From Octopus sinensis (taxonomy: Eukaryota), in NCBI RefSeq assembly GCF_006345805.1, contig NC_043005.1, positions 68,820,001 to 68,884,000 on the forward strand: a stretch of DNA of 64,000 nucleotides, given 5' to 3'. This document shows positions 27,496-42,017 of the stretch, piece after piece. Position numbers and translations under genes: made by a program. The notes beneath the pieces were generated by a model. That model was not told where the DNA came from. It made no database searches and saw only the letters and a list, made by a program, of their open reading frames with translations. The stretch's first letter is position 1. Each line of letters opens with the position of its first letter.

Positions 27496-30400
27496 ATGCG
27501 TTTGTATTTGCAGTTAATTTATGGCTAGTTAATCTGGTAACACATGCTTATAAAATCTTAAGTAAGAGGAAAACATAGAAACTAGAAAGAAGAAAACAGT
27601 TGTGAGAAAGATCATAAAAGGTGCGCTTGAAATATGTTGCATTGATGTCACGTGGAGACTCTACGAATTCGAACAACCTATCTACTTTTGGTAGATCACT
27701 GAAATTGAGTGGCTCCACCTACTCTATTGCGTTTCAAAACTATTCTTGAAATGTTCCCCTTCCCCCTCTCTCTCTTTCTCTCTCAGTCTAGTAAATTTCG
27801 CACTTGAAGAATTAATCCCTTAAGCTATCTGAAAAGTTTCCAGAAGACTATATATATGCCATTCCACATGAGCTGTTGATAAGAAAATATCGCTCAAAAG
27901 AATATAGCCGGTTTTAAGCCAATATAATTCTTGTTTATTAATCTGCACAGAGTCTGATATATCTTATACGTAGATAAATCTGACTGAGACAGTGGGAGAT
28001 GAATGTTCGTTAATTTATCTTCTATTCTTCCTAATATTTTCCCACTCTTATATAATTATCCTTCTACTGAATGCTTTGATATGTAAAGACTATATTATTT
28101 GATTTTGTAATCCCTGTTTCGTTCATTCAAATTGTGTTATCTCTCCAGCAAAATCTGTGTTCTAGTGCAAAAAGAATTCTGACTCTTCATTATTTTTCGA
28201 TGAAAAAGTAACTAATCGCAAAATTAAATTCTCTTATTTTTGACCGTAGTAGTTTTAAAATCTATCGGTAAATATGAAAACTTTTCTCATGGAACTAATG
28301 GATGTTGTCATTCTTCGGAAGTCTCTGGCACAATGTAAAATCTGAAGCTCTCATTTCTAACGTTAACTTGTATTTGTATTTTTACCAGAGATGACGACGT
28401 CAAACGCACTGCTCATTTAATTGGATAATTTAAACGAAGCAACCTGTTTAAATTATCCAGTTGTTAAGACGATTTGATTGCGTGATGTTGATGTATTTAT
28501 AGAATTGTTTTGTTGGTGCTTGCGATTTGTGATTGTAAAATTGAAAGTTTCCAATTATTCTATGTATGGAGGTAGCCCTGTATCTTATTATTTTGTTTTC
28601 TGTCTAAACTGAGTGATAGGCAATTTAAGTTTTCTAACTTCTATTAACAAGCAGATAAGAGTTATACATGGTTCATGGAAAATAGCTGTTTTTGGTGTGG
28701 AATATAAGTAATAGAATTTCTTTCCTTCCTACTTATATAAGAAATATTCCACTATCTCTACAGAGAACTCCTATTTTTTCGTACCCCGCTATCATAAAAA
28801 AAATAAATGTAATTTACTTAATGCATAATATCCAGATTTTATATGTTAGACACTAATGTTTCTTCGAAATAGCCACTAGAGCTTACTGAATCGAAATCTC
28901 TTTTTGTTAGTGTAAAACTCGAAATAGTTTACCAGTTTCAAATAGGTCTGTAATCAAATCCCAAGCCTATTAATTATTTTGCGACGATAGTAGGATCTTC
29001 ACCACATATTTCACTATACTGATAATAAAAATCATCTAAATTATGAACTAGAATCAATTGTACTTTAACGGTATAAAATTGATTGCCCTTTTCGTTTATA
29101 CACATGTTTGAAGTTGTTGAATATAGAATTAATTTTATTACTATTGATATTTAAGTTGGTGAGCTGGTAGACTCTTTGGCACTGCCATCTTCTTCTCCAA
29201 CTGTATATGACTGAGATAATAAGAACTAATATTTTCAATTGAAATTTTAATTTATGTTCAGAATCACGTTAGTAATTAATGTCAGGTTTGTTAACTTAAA
29301 TATTACTGTGGAAGGATTTACTATTAGTTAGTCTTTAAGTATATTATGTGATTGTGAGAAATTCAATTTCTTTTCTGAAATATGATGAAGTGTTTAGCTT
29401 AGAATCTTCTATAATTAATACATATTTCTTTCATATAGTTCCAAGCATATGTGTTTTTTTAATTTTGATAGCTTTTGAGGCTGACGTATAAAATTCTGTC
29501 AAATATATATAAGAAATTATGCTGTAAAAATAAATTCCATTTGATAAATTGCCCAATGTGTGACCAGATAAATGACATTTTAGTAATGCTATTCATAGTT
29601 TTCTGGATATATTTTAAAATCACAAAATAAACAACTGTGAAGTTTAAAAAAAAACCCATTTCATCTACTCAAAAATATTTCCGGAATGTCTTCAATGAAT
29701 CTGATTCTAATCTTGCTGAATAAAATTCTCCAACAACAAATAATGAAAACCTGCTTAAACTATGCAGATAACATTTCACGTTGGATAATCATGTAAATGT
29801 CCTCTGAAGAATCAATATCTGAATTTAGACTAATGGCGAAGATGTCAGACACAATCAAGAAAACATTTTCGATCTTTTTACTAGTTGAGAAAAATCAATT
29901 ACCAAATGCTTTAAAAGGTGATAAAATGAATTAAAGTGCATTTCTGATTAAAAATATCAATCAAGGCTTCAGTTCATCCAACCCATCCATCAATCAATGT
30001 ATCCGTCCGTCCGACCATCCATCCATCCCCCGCCAGCCTGCTACCCCTACCGTCTGTCTTACATATATACATGAATGCCTACACATTTACTGTTACGCAA
30101 ACACCAACATTTACACATATATGCAGCTATGAAAGAAAATGAAAGTGTGTTCTTTTCGTCCACTATGAGACTAGATATAAAAACCACTGCACATTTTATA
30201 AACCTTAGTAAACGGAAAGACAAACACTGAGGTAGACGAATATTCATACTCGCATTGCAATAGTAATATTTACGAAAGAAAATTCTGGCTTCGATATGGG
30301 CACGCACACACACGCATCCATGTCCATACAAGCACAACGTATTTTCATTAAAATTTTTGTGCATGTAAATGAAAATGACAGAAGGTAATGCAGCAATTTA

Positions 30401-30779
30401 AATGCTACGAATTTTACAGACGAAAAGTTTTGTATAATAGTAAATCAAATTAAATTTAAATACCAAATTTAATGCATTTTGTAGTCGGAAATTTCATGCA
30501 TATTTAATTGTAAATAACGGGCTATTTACAATAGTAAATAACGGACTATTTCAAGACTATTGAAAAGGTTGCAAGACGCAACGAGAATTTAAGGCACAAA
30601 GAGGAAATGACTCTCCCCAGACACAAATAAATTGTAAACATTATCATGGAAGTTGCAACAGGTTGCATGGTAATTTTGTATATTCATATTTTAAATTGAA
30701 TGATCAGCAAAGGAATTATTACGAATTTGGTTAACTGCCATTGTTTATGTTGATAATGATTATTATTTCAGTTGGTTTA

Positions 30780-30972
30780 TAAATTTGGCACAGGGTCAGC
30801 AGGTTTGGAGGAGGGCTAAGTCGATTAAGTCGACGACCATGCTTAACTAGTACTTATTTTATCGATCCTGAAGGGTTGCAGAGCAAATAAAACCCGTCTG
30901 AATTTGAACTAGAACGTAAAGGCACAAAGCATTTCGCCCTGCATGCTAACGATTCTGCCAGCCCAGCGCCTT
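30780..30972 (-). mobile_element. SINE family A, diverged
   Basis: GAATTTGAACT...GCATTTCGCCC...GCTAACGATTCTGCCAGC. Confidence 0.8.
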
Positions 30973-31900
30973 AGACCATTATTTATACTGGAAGTGTTTT
31001 CATGAGTCCTTATTAGCCATTTCAACCATTGATTATATGTATCGTTCTCTATGCTTCTTTCAATTTACTCCAAAGAAATAATTTTCAAGTGCATTTCCCT
31101 TACTAGGAAATTATATTTTTTTATTTATCGAATCTATCCTTCCTAGTCACCTTCCTAGTCACATAAGTTGAAGGATATAGGTAGAAAAGGATGCTGTAGA
31201 ATGATATAGGTAGTAAAGGATTCTGTAAGAAAACCTTTCAAATTAAATCATTGGGAACATTTTTCATTGGTTAAATTTTGGGATATCTCGGAATCTACTA
31301 AAAGTACAATCTATGTACATGTGCTTCTTGATGAAATTCTTCCATTGTTAATCAATACTTTTTTCTTTGTGGAATAGTATTCAGAATTAAATTTGCTACA
31401 TGCTGTGCAAATTAACTATCTAATGTATTGCGAAAAATGCAATAAGCGTGTGGATAAAGGTCTCCATAGCGAATACACAAAATACATAACAAACAAAGAA
31501 ATATGCAGGGAAATAATGAAATAACGAAATATGCAGGTAAATAATATCAGTAGCCAAATCATGTCTCAGAGGCTCTTCACAATTTGTAACCAATAAATAA
31601 TATTTAAAAGAGAAATGTTAACAGTGAATAAAATATTGCTAATAAGTTATTAACAATATTTAATACTGAGAGATTTACATAAATATAGGAACGCAAACAT
31701 AACGTTTCGGAGACTGTGCGATACAAACAAAGATAGTCATATTACAAAGAAAGGTATAGCATATACACAGATCAAATCTAAGGTTCTACCTACGACAAAC
31801 TAATCGTTAAAATAATGAGTCAGCATGCCAATAATACAAACGCGTATTGGTTTTATTTCACGTTGTTAAAATAGTTAACCAACTGATTATAAGCATACAC

Positions 31901-32300
31901 ATAATGTTTTCTACTCTAGGCACAAGGCCCAAAAATTTAGGGGAGGTAGCCTGTCGATTAGATCGGCTCCAGTACGCAACTGGTACTTAATCTATCAACC
32001 ACAGAAAGATGAAAGGCAAAGTGGACCCCATTGGAATTCGAACTCATGAAGTAAAGACAGTCGAATTACCTATTTCTTTACTACCCACAAGGAGCTAAAC
32101 TCAGAGGAGACAAACATGGACAGACATACGGAATAAGTAGATTATATCGACCACAGTACGTAACTGGTGCTTAATTTATCGACCCCGAAAGGATGAAAGG
32201 CAAAGTCGACCTCGGCAGAATTTGAAATCAGAATATAACAGCAGACGAAATACGGCTACGCATTTCGCCCGACGTGCTCACGTTTCTGCCTGCCCACCAC
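31901..32300 (-). mobile_element. SINE family A, dimer
   Basis: The core GATGAAAGGCAAAGT.GAC occurs twice (~32010 and ~32195). Confidence 0.9.
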
Positions 32301-32318
32301 ATTAATACATACATATAT

Positions 32319-32354
<36 letters not shown>

Positions 32355-33040
32355 CATATTATACCATTAATCCTGACACATTTATTCGCTCTCTGTATTT
32401 TTCTCTATCTATAATTTTTGTTCTCGTACCTCCCTGTCGAGAAGCGCCAGCTCGAAACTGCAAAGATATTTCCATTCTTCCCCAGCGTGAAACTTATGCA
32501 GCTGCATGTTGTTCCCTCATCTGCCTTTTGTTTTCTGAACATTTCAACCATATACATATACATACGTACATCCTTATATATATGTATATACATAAATACA
32601 TACACGTTCGTATACATTATTCTACAAACTATTCAGACAGATAGGGTTATAATACTAGTTGTGTATTTACGAAGTACACATACATATTCTAGTACTCAAC
32701 AATTATACGCAGCTGTTATAATTGAGTGAGGTACGAAGTATGAGTTGCAAAATACAGGAAAACGTATTAGCCGACTAATTACGTATATAAACAGAATATT
32801 GAAGGGGTGGTAAAATTTATTCACCATCATACGTGGTTCGCTTGCTACTTGGAATTACTAAATTGTACATGTAGGAAAAACTAATCGAAACCTCTATTAG
32901 GAATACTTCAGTCTGAGAATCAAATAAAATACTGCACCAATATACCAAACTTCATCTATGCATGTGCATGTAATATGCACATTGCAGATGCATAACTGTA
33001 TACACACACGCATACGTACATATTTATATGCATAAGCATA

Positions 33041-33073
<33 letters not shown>

Positions 33074-33495
33074 CCATTACATATATACACCCACATCCAT
33101 CCATCCATATATATATACACACGCATAATAGAATGGTACTAGTGAATACCTGCATCTTATTAAGCATTTACGTGTAGCCAAATTCTTGGGAAATTGGGTT
33201 GTAGAGAATTTAATCACGAAACAGAAAAAATTACTATGCGGTTAAGCTCACTTTGATGATTTCACAACGTAAAAGTAGTTAATTTCCTTTGTATCATTAC
33301 TTTGTGTAGAAACGAAATTGACTGCGATTGACATTTAACACGTTATTAAAACGTTTTAACAACGGTCTAGTTAACTGGAGAGCGTGCTATCGTATAAACC
33401 GCAGAAGGTATAGACACCACAATATCATTGAAACCTGATATATATATATATAGAAAGAGAGAGACACACGCTTGCATATACATACACAGAGCACC

Positions 33496-33547
<52 letters not shown>

Positions 33548-33647
33548 ATATATATATATATATACATATACACATATATATACACATATATATATATATG
33601 CATACATACATATACATATACATATATATATGTATATATATACATTC

Positions 33648-33725
<78 letters not shown>

Positions 33726-33928
33726 TATATAATATATATATATATATATTATATATATAAGTATGCCTGCGTGTGCGTGAGTGTGTGTGCACCCGCGGAA
33801 ATGTATACGTGTGTGTGTACGCATAAACACACATATACACACAATTATTTGTACTAGTTGGACCTGTAAAAAAATTATGGATAACATTAAAAATGTAAGC
33901 ATATGTAAAGAGTGTACTGGTGCCATGA

Positions 33929-34091
33929 GAAATGTTTGTATATTATGACCGTCTGTCTTTACGTTCTGATTTCAAATTCTGCCGAGGTCGACTTTGCATT
34001 TCGTCCTCTGGTGCTCGATTAATTAAGTACCAGTCGTGTGCTGATGTCGATATAATCAACTGGCCCCCTCCTCACAAACTTTCAGGCCTAG
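33929..34091 (+). mobile_element. SINE family A, partial
   Basis: GTCTGTCTTTACGTTCTGA.TTCAAATTCTGCCGAGGTCGACTTTGC. Confidence 0.8.
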
Positions 34092-35740
34092 AAAATTATA
34101 TTGTGAGAGTCACAGAATATAGAAGTTTATCTAACACCAATGAATATATAATCCAACCAAAATAACACAGGTGTAAGTAAATGCCATCCTATTCAATGGA
34201 AGAGCTTTATATCCTTTTATATTAGACTCCCACAACAATTTGATTGAACTAAAGGGATTGCGTTTCGCATCTTAATAATATCACATATGTGATATTCGAA
34301 TGTTTATACATTTATTTCTTGCGAACGATTCTGTTTAACGAAGAATTTATTCACATATTTATGAACTTCTCATGACTTCCTCTCCTTAGAAATGCTTTAC
34401 AAATATAAAATCTTGAATTAAGTTTATGACATCATCTTATAAGTCACACTAAGTTAAAGTTATTTGTAATGTATATGCTCCCAGCTAACTACGATTGACT
34501 TGGTTGTTTCTGGTTAGAGAGAAATTCTTCAAGAATTTTCATTATGAAATCTGCATTTATCCGTATTATAATGAAGAGGGATTTTTTCTCTGAAGGGCAT
34601 TAATACATTTTGCGCATGCATATTCTAGTGTAGATGGTATTAACTTTTCTCCCAAATTAATGGGCTCCTATGCCGTCTATAGGTTTATCTGGCTTCAAAT
34701 TTTATCCAGTCTATAGGTTTATCTGGCTTCAAGAGCATGATTGTATTGCATGGATCGTGCATTTCAGACTTTTGTTTTATGGTTCAGAACAAAATCCCAT
34801 CGATTATATGGGTACTCAGAATACTTATCCAAATGTTATGCTCATGTCGTTTCATTTTTGATGTGTTTTTAAAGAAACTGTTGCAAATAACAGATGATAG
34901 TATATTTGTATCGCCGGTACACTAGTGGAACAAATCTTTACACTTTCCTCACAATATTTACAGATCTATACATTCGCGAACTGTTTTTGTTTTTTTTTAT
35001 ATTGCAATTCCTCACATTACTCAATTATTTGTAACTGACTCTATTGATGGTATTTATAGTTAGCAATGCATCAATATTAAAATGAAATGGCTTAAATAAA
35101 TTAAGAAAAAAAAAACTAACAACAAAACTAAATCCAACAAATTAATTAACACAAATATCGATTTGATAATGGTAATAAAAAAGCATATTAATAAAATATC
35201 GACAAGAGTATTATTTGAAGGAAGTCGAATCAAACATTTTCATTTTTAAATGTACACTTACAAGCAATAGACAATTCATGAAAACGTTCTTCCTTCACTC
35301 ACAGGGTCCATGCATACAATAACTATTTTCGTCTCCTTACTACAATATGAGCATTTAATCCGCTCAAAGAATTCGATATCAATGCATAATCCTAATAGTT
35401 GCAGCTTTTTTTGTGTGCACACCTCGTTCGGCGAGACTAATGAGTAAAGTACATTTAAGTGTCAATAAACGGTTGTTATATCTTTCTCTTGGAATTGCTA
35501 CTTAGGCGTAGTCCACCCACTGGAAGATGCTGACAGGGTATTTTTCAAAGCCCCCAGCAAGACATAATGCACAGGAGCAGAAAGATGTACACAGACCCAC
35601 ACAGATACACACGTACTGATACATGAATGATTAGTAACTGCGGCCATATAATATATACACCTATGTATTTATATGCGTGCATGTGTGAACATTTATATAT
35701 GTGTATATAAGTTTACGTTTATATTTATATATGTATACAC

Positions 35741-35795
<55 letters not shown>

Positions 35796-37204
35796 CATAC
35801 ATACGTATATACACAAGCATATATATGTATGCATGTGTTTGCATATATGCGTGTGTACATACAATGCGTTGTGTATATTTATCGTCCTTGTTCTCAAGCA
35901 TTATGCCAGTCGATTATTGTTTAATACCCGTTATGAAATGTATTATGGTTAATAAAAAGTAAACTAAATATGTAATTGATACAATTCATAAAATTTATCC
36001 AACATCAAAGTACATATGTCGATGCTTCATTGCATTGTCGATCGTTATCTGAATTTGTCATTTGAGTTAATCTGAATGATCGACCAGTTTAATTATCACC
36101 AATATTTCTTATTCAACCACGAGTCTTTAACGATCTTGCATTTCTTTTGTTAATAATAGAAACAATATTTTATAAATTTAAAAAAAAACAGTAATATTGC
36201 GCAAGTTTCTGGACGTAGCAAAAATAAAATGCATCATCCATGCATTGTAGAATTTTCTGGCTCATTCGAAATATACCATGACAGAAAACTAGCATTTGTA
36301 TAGTACAAATGTAAACTAATTCCTTCTGCAGTATTTTATGTACGTAAATCGTTTTCATGAATAAAAATGAGATTGATCATTTCTATGTTAGCCAAATATA
36401 TAACGAGAATTTTCATGCAAATATTCATTTCTACATATTTCTTGTACATAATGAATTATCTTATCTTCAAGTCTGTTCATACTCACCATAAAATGCTTGG
36501 TTGGAGCTTAAGAATAACGGATATTATTTGCTACGGGATGGGATAAAATTCTGGTTGGAGTATAATTATGGAGACAAAGAATCAATTGTTTCGAATTCAT
36601 AGGCGTAAAATGAACACATTATCTATTCAAATACCAATAACTACTTGTTGGGATTTGATATGCATGCTTCTGCTTTTCAAAATCTGCTAAGTTTCCTATA
36701 ATGTGAAGTAGCAACCTTAGTGTTAATCATCTTTAAAAATACTCATAAGTGACATGCATAATTACGGAATTTCATTTTCCGTGAATTTACACGTATATCA
36801 TTCAGTAAATAAAAGTATCGGGAGGAATAATTAAAATATATTTAAGTGATATACTGGTTGCGTATCACATGTAGATGTGAAATCAAATCTTATTTTAGAA
36901 TCACGGTGAGGGAAAATATTAATTTATTACATAAAATCCATAATTTAGAGAGGCTCATGTACTAATCGATCTATCTATCTATCTACAAAGTCAGTGAAAT
37001 TAATAAAAATAACGATATAAAATGTAATCATTGAACTTTTTAAACTAAACGATACCAAATATTGCAAACCGAGTGAGATAATCAATATAACTGGGCATTA
37101 TATACAGTGCTTCTTTCATAAGAATGCCTGTTTAACTAGGAAAAATCACTGGTGGGAATTGAGAAAAAAGAACATTTTTCTAAGAATAATATATCGAGAT
37201 ATAT

Positions 37205-37545
37205 ATTTTTTATTCTTTTACTTGTTTCAGGCATTTGACCGCGGGCATGCTGAAGCACAGCCTTTAGTAAAAAAAAATTCGACCCCAGGACTTATTACTT
37301 GCAAGCCTAGTACTTATTCTCTCTATCGTATTTAATGTATATATAATATATTTGAGGTAGACCGTTATTCCTATCATCTCAACACATTTAGCATAGGCGC
37401 ATAGACGTATGCAAGACTGTGTCGTAAAATGTTTGCTTCGGAACCACGTGATTGCGAGATGGGACTCACCGCCCGTCATCTTGGGAGTGTAATCTTCCAT
37501 ATACACGGAGTGAGCAAAGCTTTGTTAGTGGATTTATTAATGCTA
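37205..37545. mobile_element. SINE family B fragments (3' tail on minus, degenerate head on plus)
   Basis: TTCGACCCCAGGACTTATT...AAGCCTAGTACTTATTCT (minus) and AAAGC.TTGT.AGTGGATTT (plus). Confidence 0.6.
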
Positions 37546-37550
37546 TCGTG

Positions 37551-37581
<31 letters not shown>

Positions 37582-37639
37582 GTGTATCTATATCTATCTA
37601 TCTATATATATATATAGTGGATTTACTAATGCTATCGTG

Positions 37640-37684
<45 letters not shown>

Positions 37685-38503
37685 GGGGTGTGTGTGTATG
37701 TATGTCTGCGTGTATACATGTATGCATATATACATATATATATATATACAGACATATACGTACATAAAATATATGTGTTAGAGGGATAAATGTATTCGTA
37801 GGGACTACTGATGCATCACTTTACTATGAATAGGCATTGATGTAAGGTTAACAGTAGTTTAATATGTTAACTTAGTTTAATATGTTCAGATAAGATAAAA
37901 GGAAGAATGGAGCAATTTGTAACATTCATATGTTGGTCATTAGCATTGAATGATAATAGTTTAATTATGGTTAAGATAGCATTTACAGCTGTTTCAGTTT
38001 GCTATTTTTTAGGTTATCATATGTTTATCTCCTTCTATGTAACAAGCGCCATCAGAATGATTTGAACTTTAACAGAAAATTATTAACAGGAGATCAAAGG
38101 ATGACAGGAGAAAAACGGCAAAAAGAAAAGGGAAAGAAAAGGGAAAAGAGGAAAAAGGAAAAATATTCCTTAAGTATTTAGATATTTTTCTGTCCTATGT
38201 GTATACCGCTGCTTTTAGTCGAAAATGTTTAAACCTGGTTGTAGTATCCAGTATCATTAATCGTAAGAAATACCGCTATGTGTCCGCTAGATAAGTCTCT
38301 ATGATTACAAATAATGCCCAAGTTAAAAATCAAAGACGCCCTCAAAATTTTAAGTCCGATATACGGTATATAGAAATTGATTCTCCGAATGATTATTATT
38401 TTTATATATTCATGCGGAAATGAAAGGCATCACTTAAATTAAATATGATTAAAAAATCTTGGATAATGCCCCAAACGGAAGTATTTTCATCCCCCAAAAT
38501 GCA

Positions 38504-38540
<37 letters not shown>

Positions 38541-38570
38541 GCATATTATATATTATATATAATATATATA

Positions 38571-38612
<42 letters not shown>

Positions 38613-38700
38613 TATATATATATATAATATATATATATATATGTATATATATATATTATAATATATATATATATATATATATCTATATATATATAAATAA

Positions 38701-38761
<61 letters not shown>

Positions 38762-39127
38762 TGTCTGTATTTATTAATATTAAGCCTGGTGTTACTTAGT
38801 TACACCTGTTCGTGATTTCAATTTCACTTTAGAATAAAATTGTTGATTATTTCGATGATCGCTTGATAGTCACCGCTCAAACACACACAAACATGTATAC
38901 ACATATACACATAATATATATACATGCATAGGTACGGACACATTTTTATATTTAAGACACTCACCTGAAATCACGTACATATTCGGACACCGACATTACC
39001 ATATAAAGCTACATTGAAAATATTTGGTGTTCAAACACACTGCGTCAGGGATATTTTTAATTTTGATAAACATAATTTGTAAAATACATTATAGTGATTT
39101 AAATTGGACGTACTATATGTATATATA

Positions 39128-39360
39128 GGCGGCGGCGAGCTGGTAGAAACGTTAGCACGCCGGGCGAGATTCGTAGCCGTATTTCGTCTGTCGTTACGTT
39201 CCGAGTTCTAATTCCGCCGAGGTCGACTTTGCCTTTCATCCTTTCGGTGTCGATAAATTAAGTACCAGTTACGCACTGGGTCGATGTAGTCGACTTAAAT
39301 CCCTTTGTCTGTCCTTGTTTGTCCCCTCTGTGTTTAGCCCCTTGTGGGTAGTAAAGAAAT
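39128..39360 (+). mobile_element. SINE family A, well preserved
   Basis: GGCGGCGAGCTGGTAGAAACGTTAGCACGCCGGGCG...GAGGTCGACTTTGCCTTTCATCCTTTCGG.GTCGATAAATTAAGTACCAG. Confidence 0.92.
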
Positions 39361-39395
<35 letters not shown>

Positions 39396-39528
39396 CTTTT
39401 GCAAACACCTTGCACATGCAAGCGCTCCCAGTCAAAAACTCCGCATACCGGAAGGCAGCAAGTGTATACGGTCATCAGGAGAGAATGCGCGCCATTTCGG
39501 GGCCTACCTCTCGATGGCATCAGTGTGC

Positions 39529-40635
39529 CTTATTTCCATTATTATTTTTGTATTGGTAGAAAACATAATGGAGTTTATGACGTATGTCTGCTTAGAAAGA
39601 GACCGTATATTTTCCGTTTATATGCATTTTATTCATTTCTCCGGGTTCCTGGATACGTTTATCTCTTTCGTTTATTCGTTTTCGTTTTTTTAGCTATTTT
39701 CCATCAACACAGTCGTCAATGAACTGCTTAGAGGATTTCATTCCAATAACATTATATAATTCTTTCTGTCACTGCATGCTCTTTGTGTTCTATTCATCAC
39801 TACTTCCACACCTCCAGCAATGAGGAGCATCCATAACTGCCTTACATGTAATATATCATTTTAAGACTTTTAACAATGGTTCACGCCCCAGCATGGCCAC
39901 ATCTCATGAGCTGAAACTGGAAAAATCAAAATCAAAATCCAAAAATCATATGACTCGCTTCTCATTCGTGTACCTATGTTTGTGTGACTGTGACTATGCA
40001 CACAACACACACACAAACACACATGTATATATGTATATATATATATATAATATATATATATATATATTATATATATATATATATATTTCTTTATTACACA
40101 CAAGGGGCTAAACATAAATGGGACAAACAAGGACAGACAAAGGTGTTAAGTCGATTACATCGATCCCAGTGCGTAATTGGTACTTAATTTATCAACCCCG
40201 AAAAATATATGCATGCATATATTTTTCTTGCAGTGTTTCTTTTGCTGAAAGCAGTTCGCCTCTTGGTGAGAATCTATGTTTGCATTTCATCTTTCTACCT
40301 TTTCTGGTGTTTACGTTGTTTCCACAGATTAAATCATTCAATATTGATATTTCACCTCTCGTTTTTCAATCTCTTCTTCAATTTTACTTTTCCAATTGAG
40401 AATACTTCTCAGGTTTCTATTTCATTCTTCTTTGTTTTTCAGAGGAATACTGTTGGTTTCAATTGTCTTAGAAGATGCGTACGTAATTTCATTTAATTTA
40501 GTGAGATCTGGTTTAATTCTTGTATAAATTCCTTTGTTCCATAGTTTCCAATTTTAATTTGTTTTCTATTTTGGATTGTATTTTAGTGCTTATGAAGTGG
40601 TTCTCTATCATGCATATCAAGACAAACAGCGCATA
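39529..40635 (+). repeat. Left arm of ~1-kb inverted duplication (partner 41995-42963)
   Basis: ORFs 40118-40399(+) and 42135-42644(-) translate almost identically. This arm carries two extra insertions. Confidence 0.95.
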
Positions 40636-41696
40636 TAAGGCAGGCACTGCTTGCTAGATGAAATGATTATCAAATACAGCTGAATATACTTCTAGCCATG
40701 GAGTTACAACCTGAACATTATAAATCACCAGCCGTTTATCTCTTATTTAGGGAACTCATCATCGTCTCCTTATTCGTATATATTTGAAACCTCTTTCTTC
40801 TTGTAGGGTTCTATCTATGAAACATATTGATCTTTTTCACAGATATTTTCTAAAGGTAACATTTTATTTGTTGCAGAAGAAGCTAATGATATTTCATTAA
40901 CCAATTCACTATACGGAGGATATTATATATGTGTTATTACCAGCACTATTATTTTGTCATTTAACGTTGAATTAAAACCATTTGATGGTGCTATGTATTT
41001 TTAATCAGAAATAAATACTATCTTGGTACATTCGATTCACTTCTATCTCTATAAAATGCATATATAAAAATAAAGCTATAATGATATCATTTATTATATT
41101 CCTACCATTAGTTAAGTGATATTTATTAGGCTTTACAGAAAACCATTCATAGTGTGACTGAATTAAAACCAACGTTTCCTATTACAAGCAAACCAAAGTT
41201 TGATACTGTTTATAACTAAGAGAAATTATCCATTTGTTAAATATGAATAGGAACCAAATATTACATATCTACTAATCAAGGATGATTTATGAATCTATTT
41301 ATTACACATTACTAACTGCATTGTATTTAAGATTGTTTCCAAACAGTAAGTTCAACTTGTATATATTATAAGGATGATAACTTACAAGGGTGGTCAATTA
41401 ATGATATATAAGAAAGTGATAAATGAAATATAGTGAAACAAATAAGGTATTATCATCACATGCCACATTACAATAGCATGGTAAAAGCAATATTTTGATT
41501 GGTAGCTAAGTTGTTGAATGTCTGAAATATCAATGGAAAATTAATACTTGAAGAAAGATTTCACTTTAAAATATTACAAAGAAATGAGTTAAAGTCATAG
41601 AACTTGCGAAAAACGATCAGATGCTATTAATATATAACCGGATACTAAGAAATAGCTATGCGGGTCGAGCATATTAGCTTCTTCTTACAAGTTAAT

Positions 41697-42017
41697 ATGC
41701 GGGTCGTGCATATTAACTTGCTCAATACCACAGATTTCTATATCAGTTGTTTGACCTTAATCATTTCAGTATGTCCGTTGGTGGCTGATAATATACGCAT
41801 CTCTTATCATGAGCAGGAGGAGTGCAGGAGCATCATAGCTATGTATTGAGAGGAATGTTTGGAGTCTGAATAATTCAACTCTGAAAACATGGCCGCTTCG
41901 TTCAACATTCTGAAACAACCTTTATTCAAGGACAAATTGAGTGGGATGGGTTACTCTTCCGGAAGAAAGTTCTATCCGGGCACACCTACACGGTTATGCG
42001 CTGTTTATCTTGATATG
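41697..42017 (+). mobile_element. Older diverged copy of the 3612-4170 retroposon
   Basis: TGCTCAATACCACAGATTT..TCAGTTGTTTGACCTTAA...GCTGTTTATCTTGATATG is the reverse complement of ~3755-4055. Confidence 0.8.

Noticed and set aside
28422-28459. 14-bp AT-rich inverted repeat
   Set aside because: Short and AT-rich with no associated element, so it may be chance.
33367-33926. Long YIYIYI/VCVCVC ORFs here and throughout, plus poly-I/L/R/S ORFs
   Set aside because: Translations of (TA)n, (CA)n, (TAA)n and (CTT)n microsatellites.
39420-39505. Minus-strand GAAA...CTGATGA with adjacent hairpin
   Set aside because: Neither type I nor type II topology closes: no stem I, and stem II does not pair with the GAAA flank.
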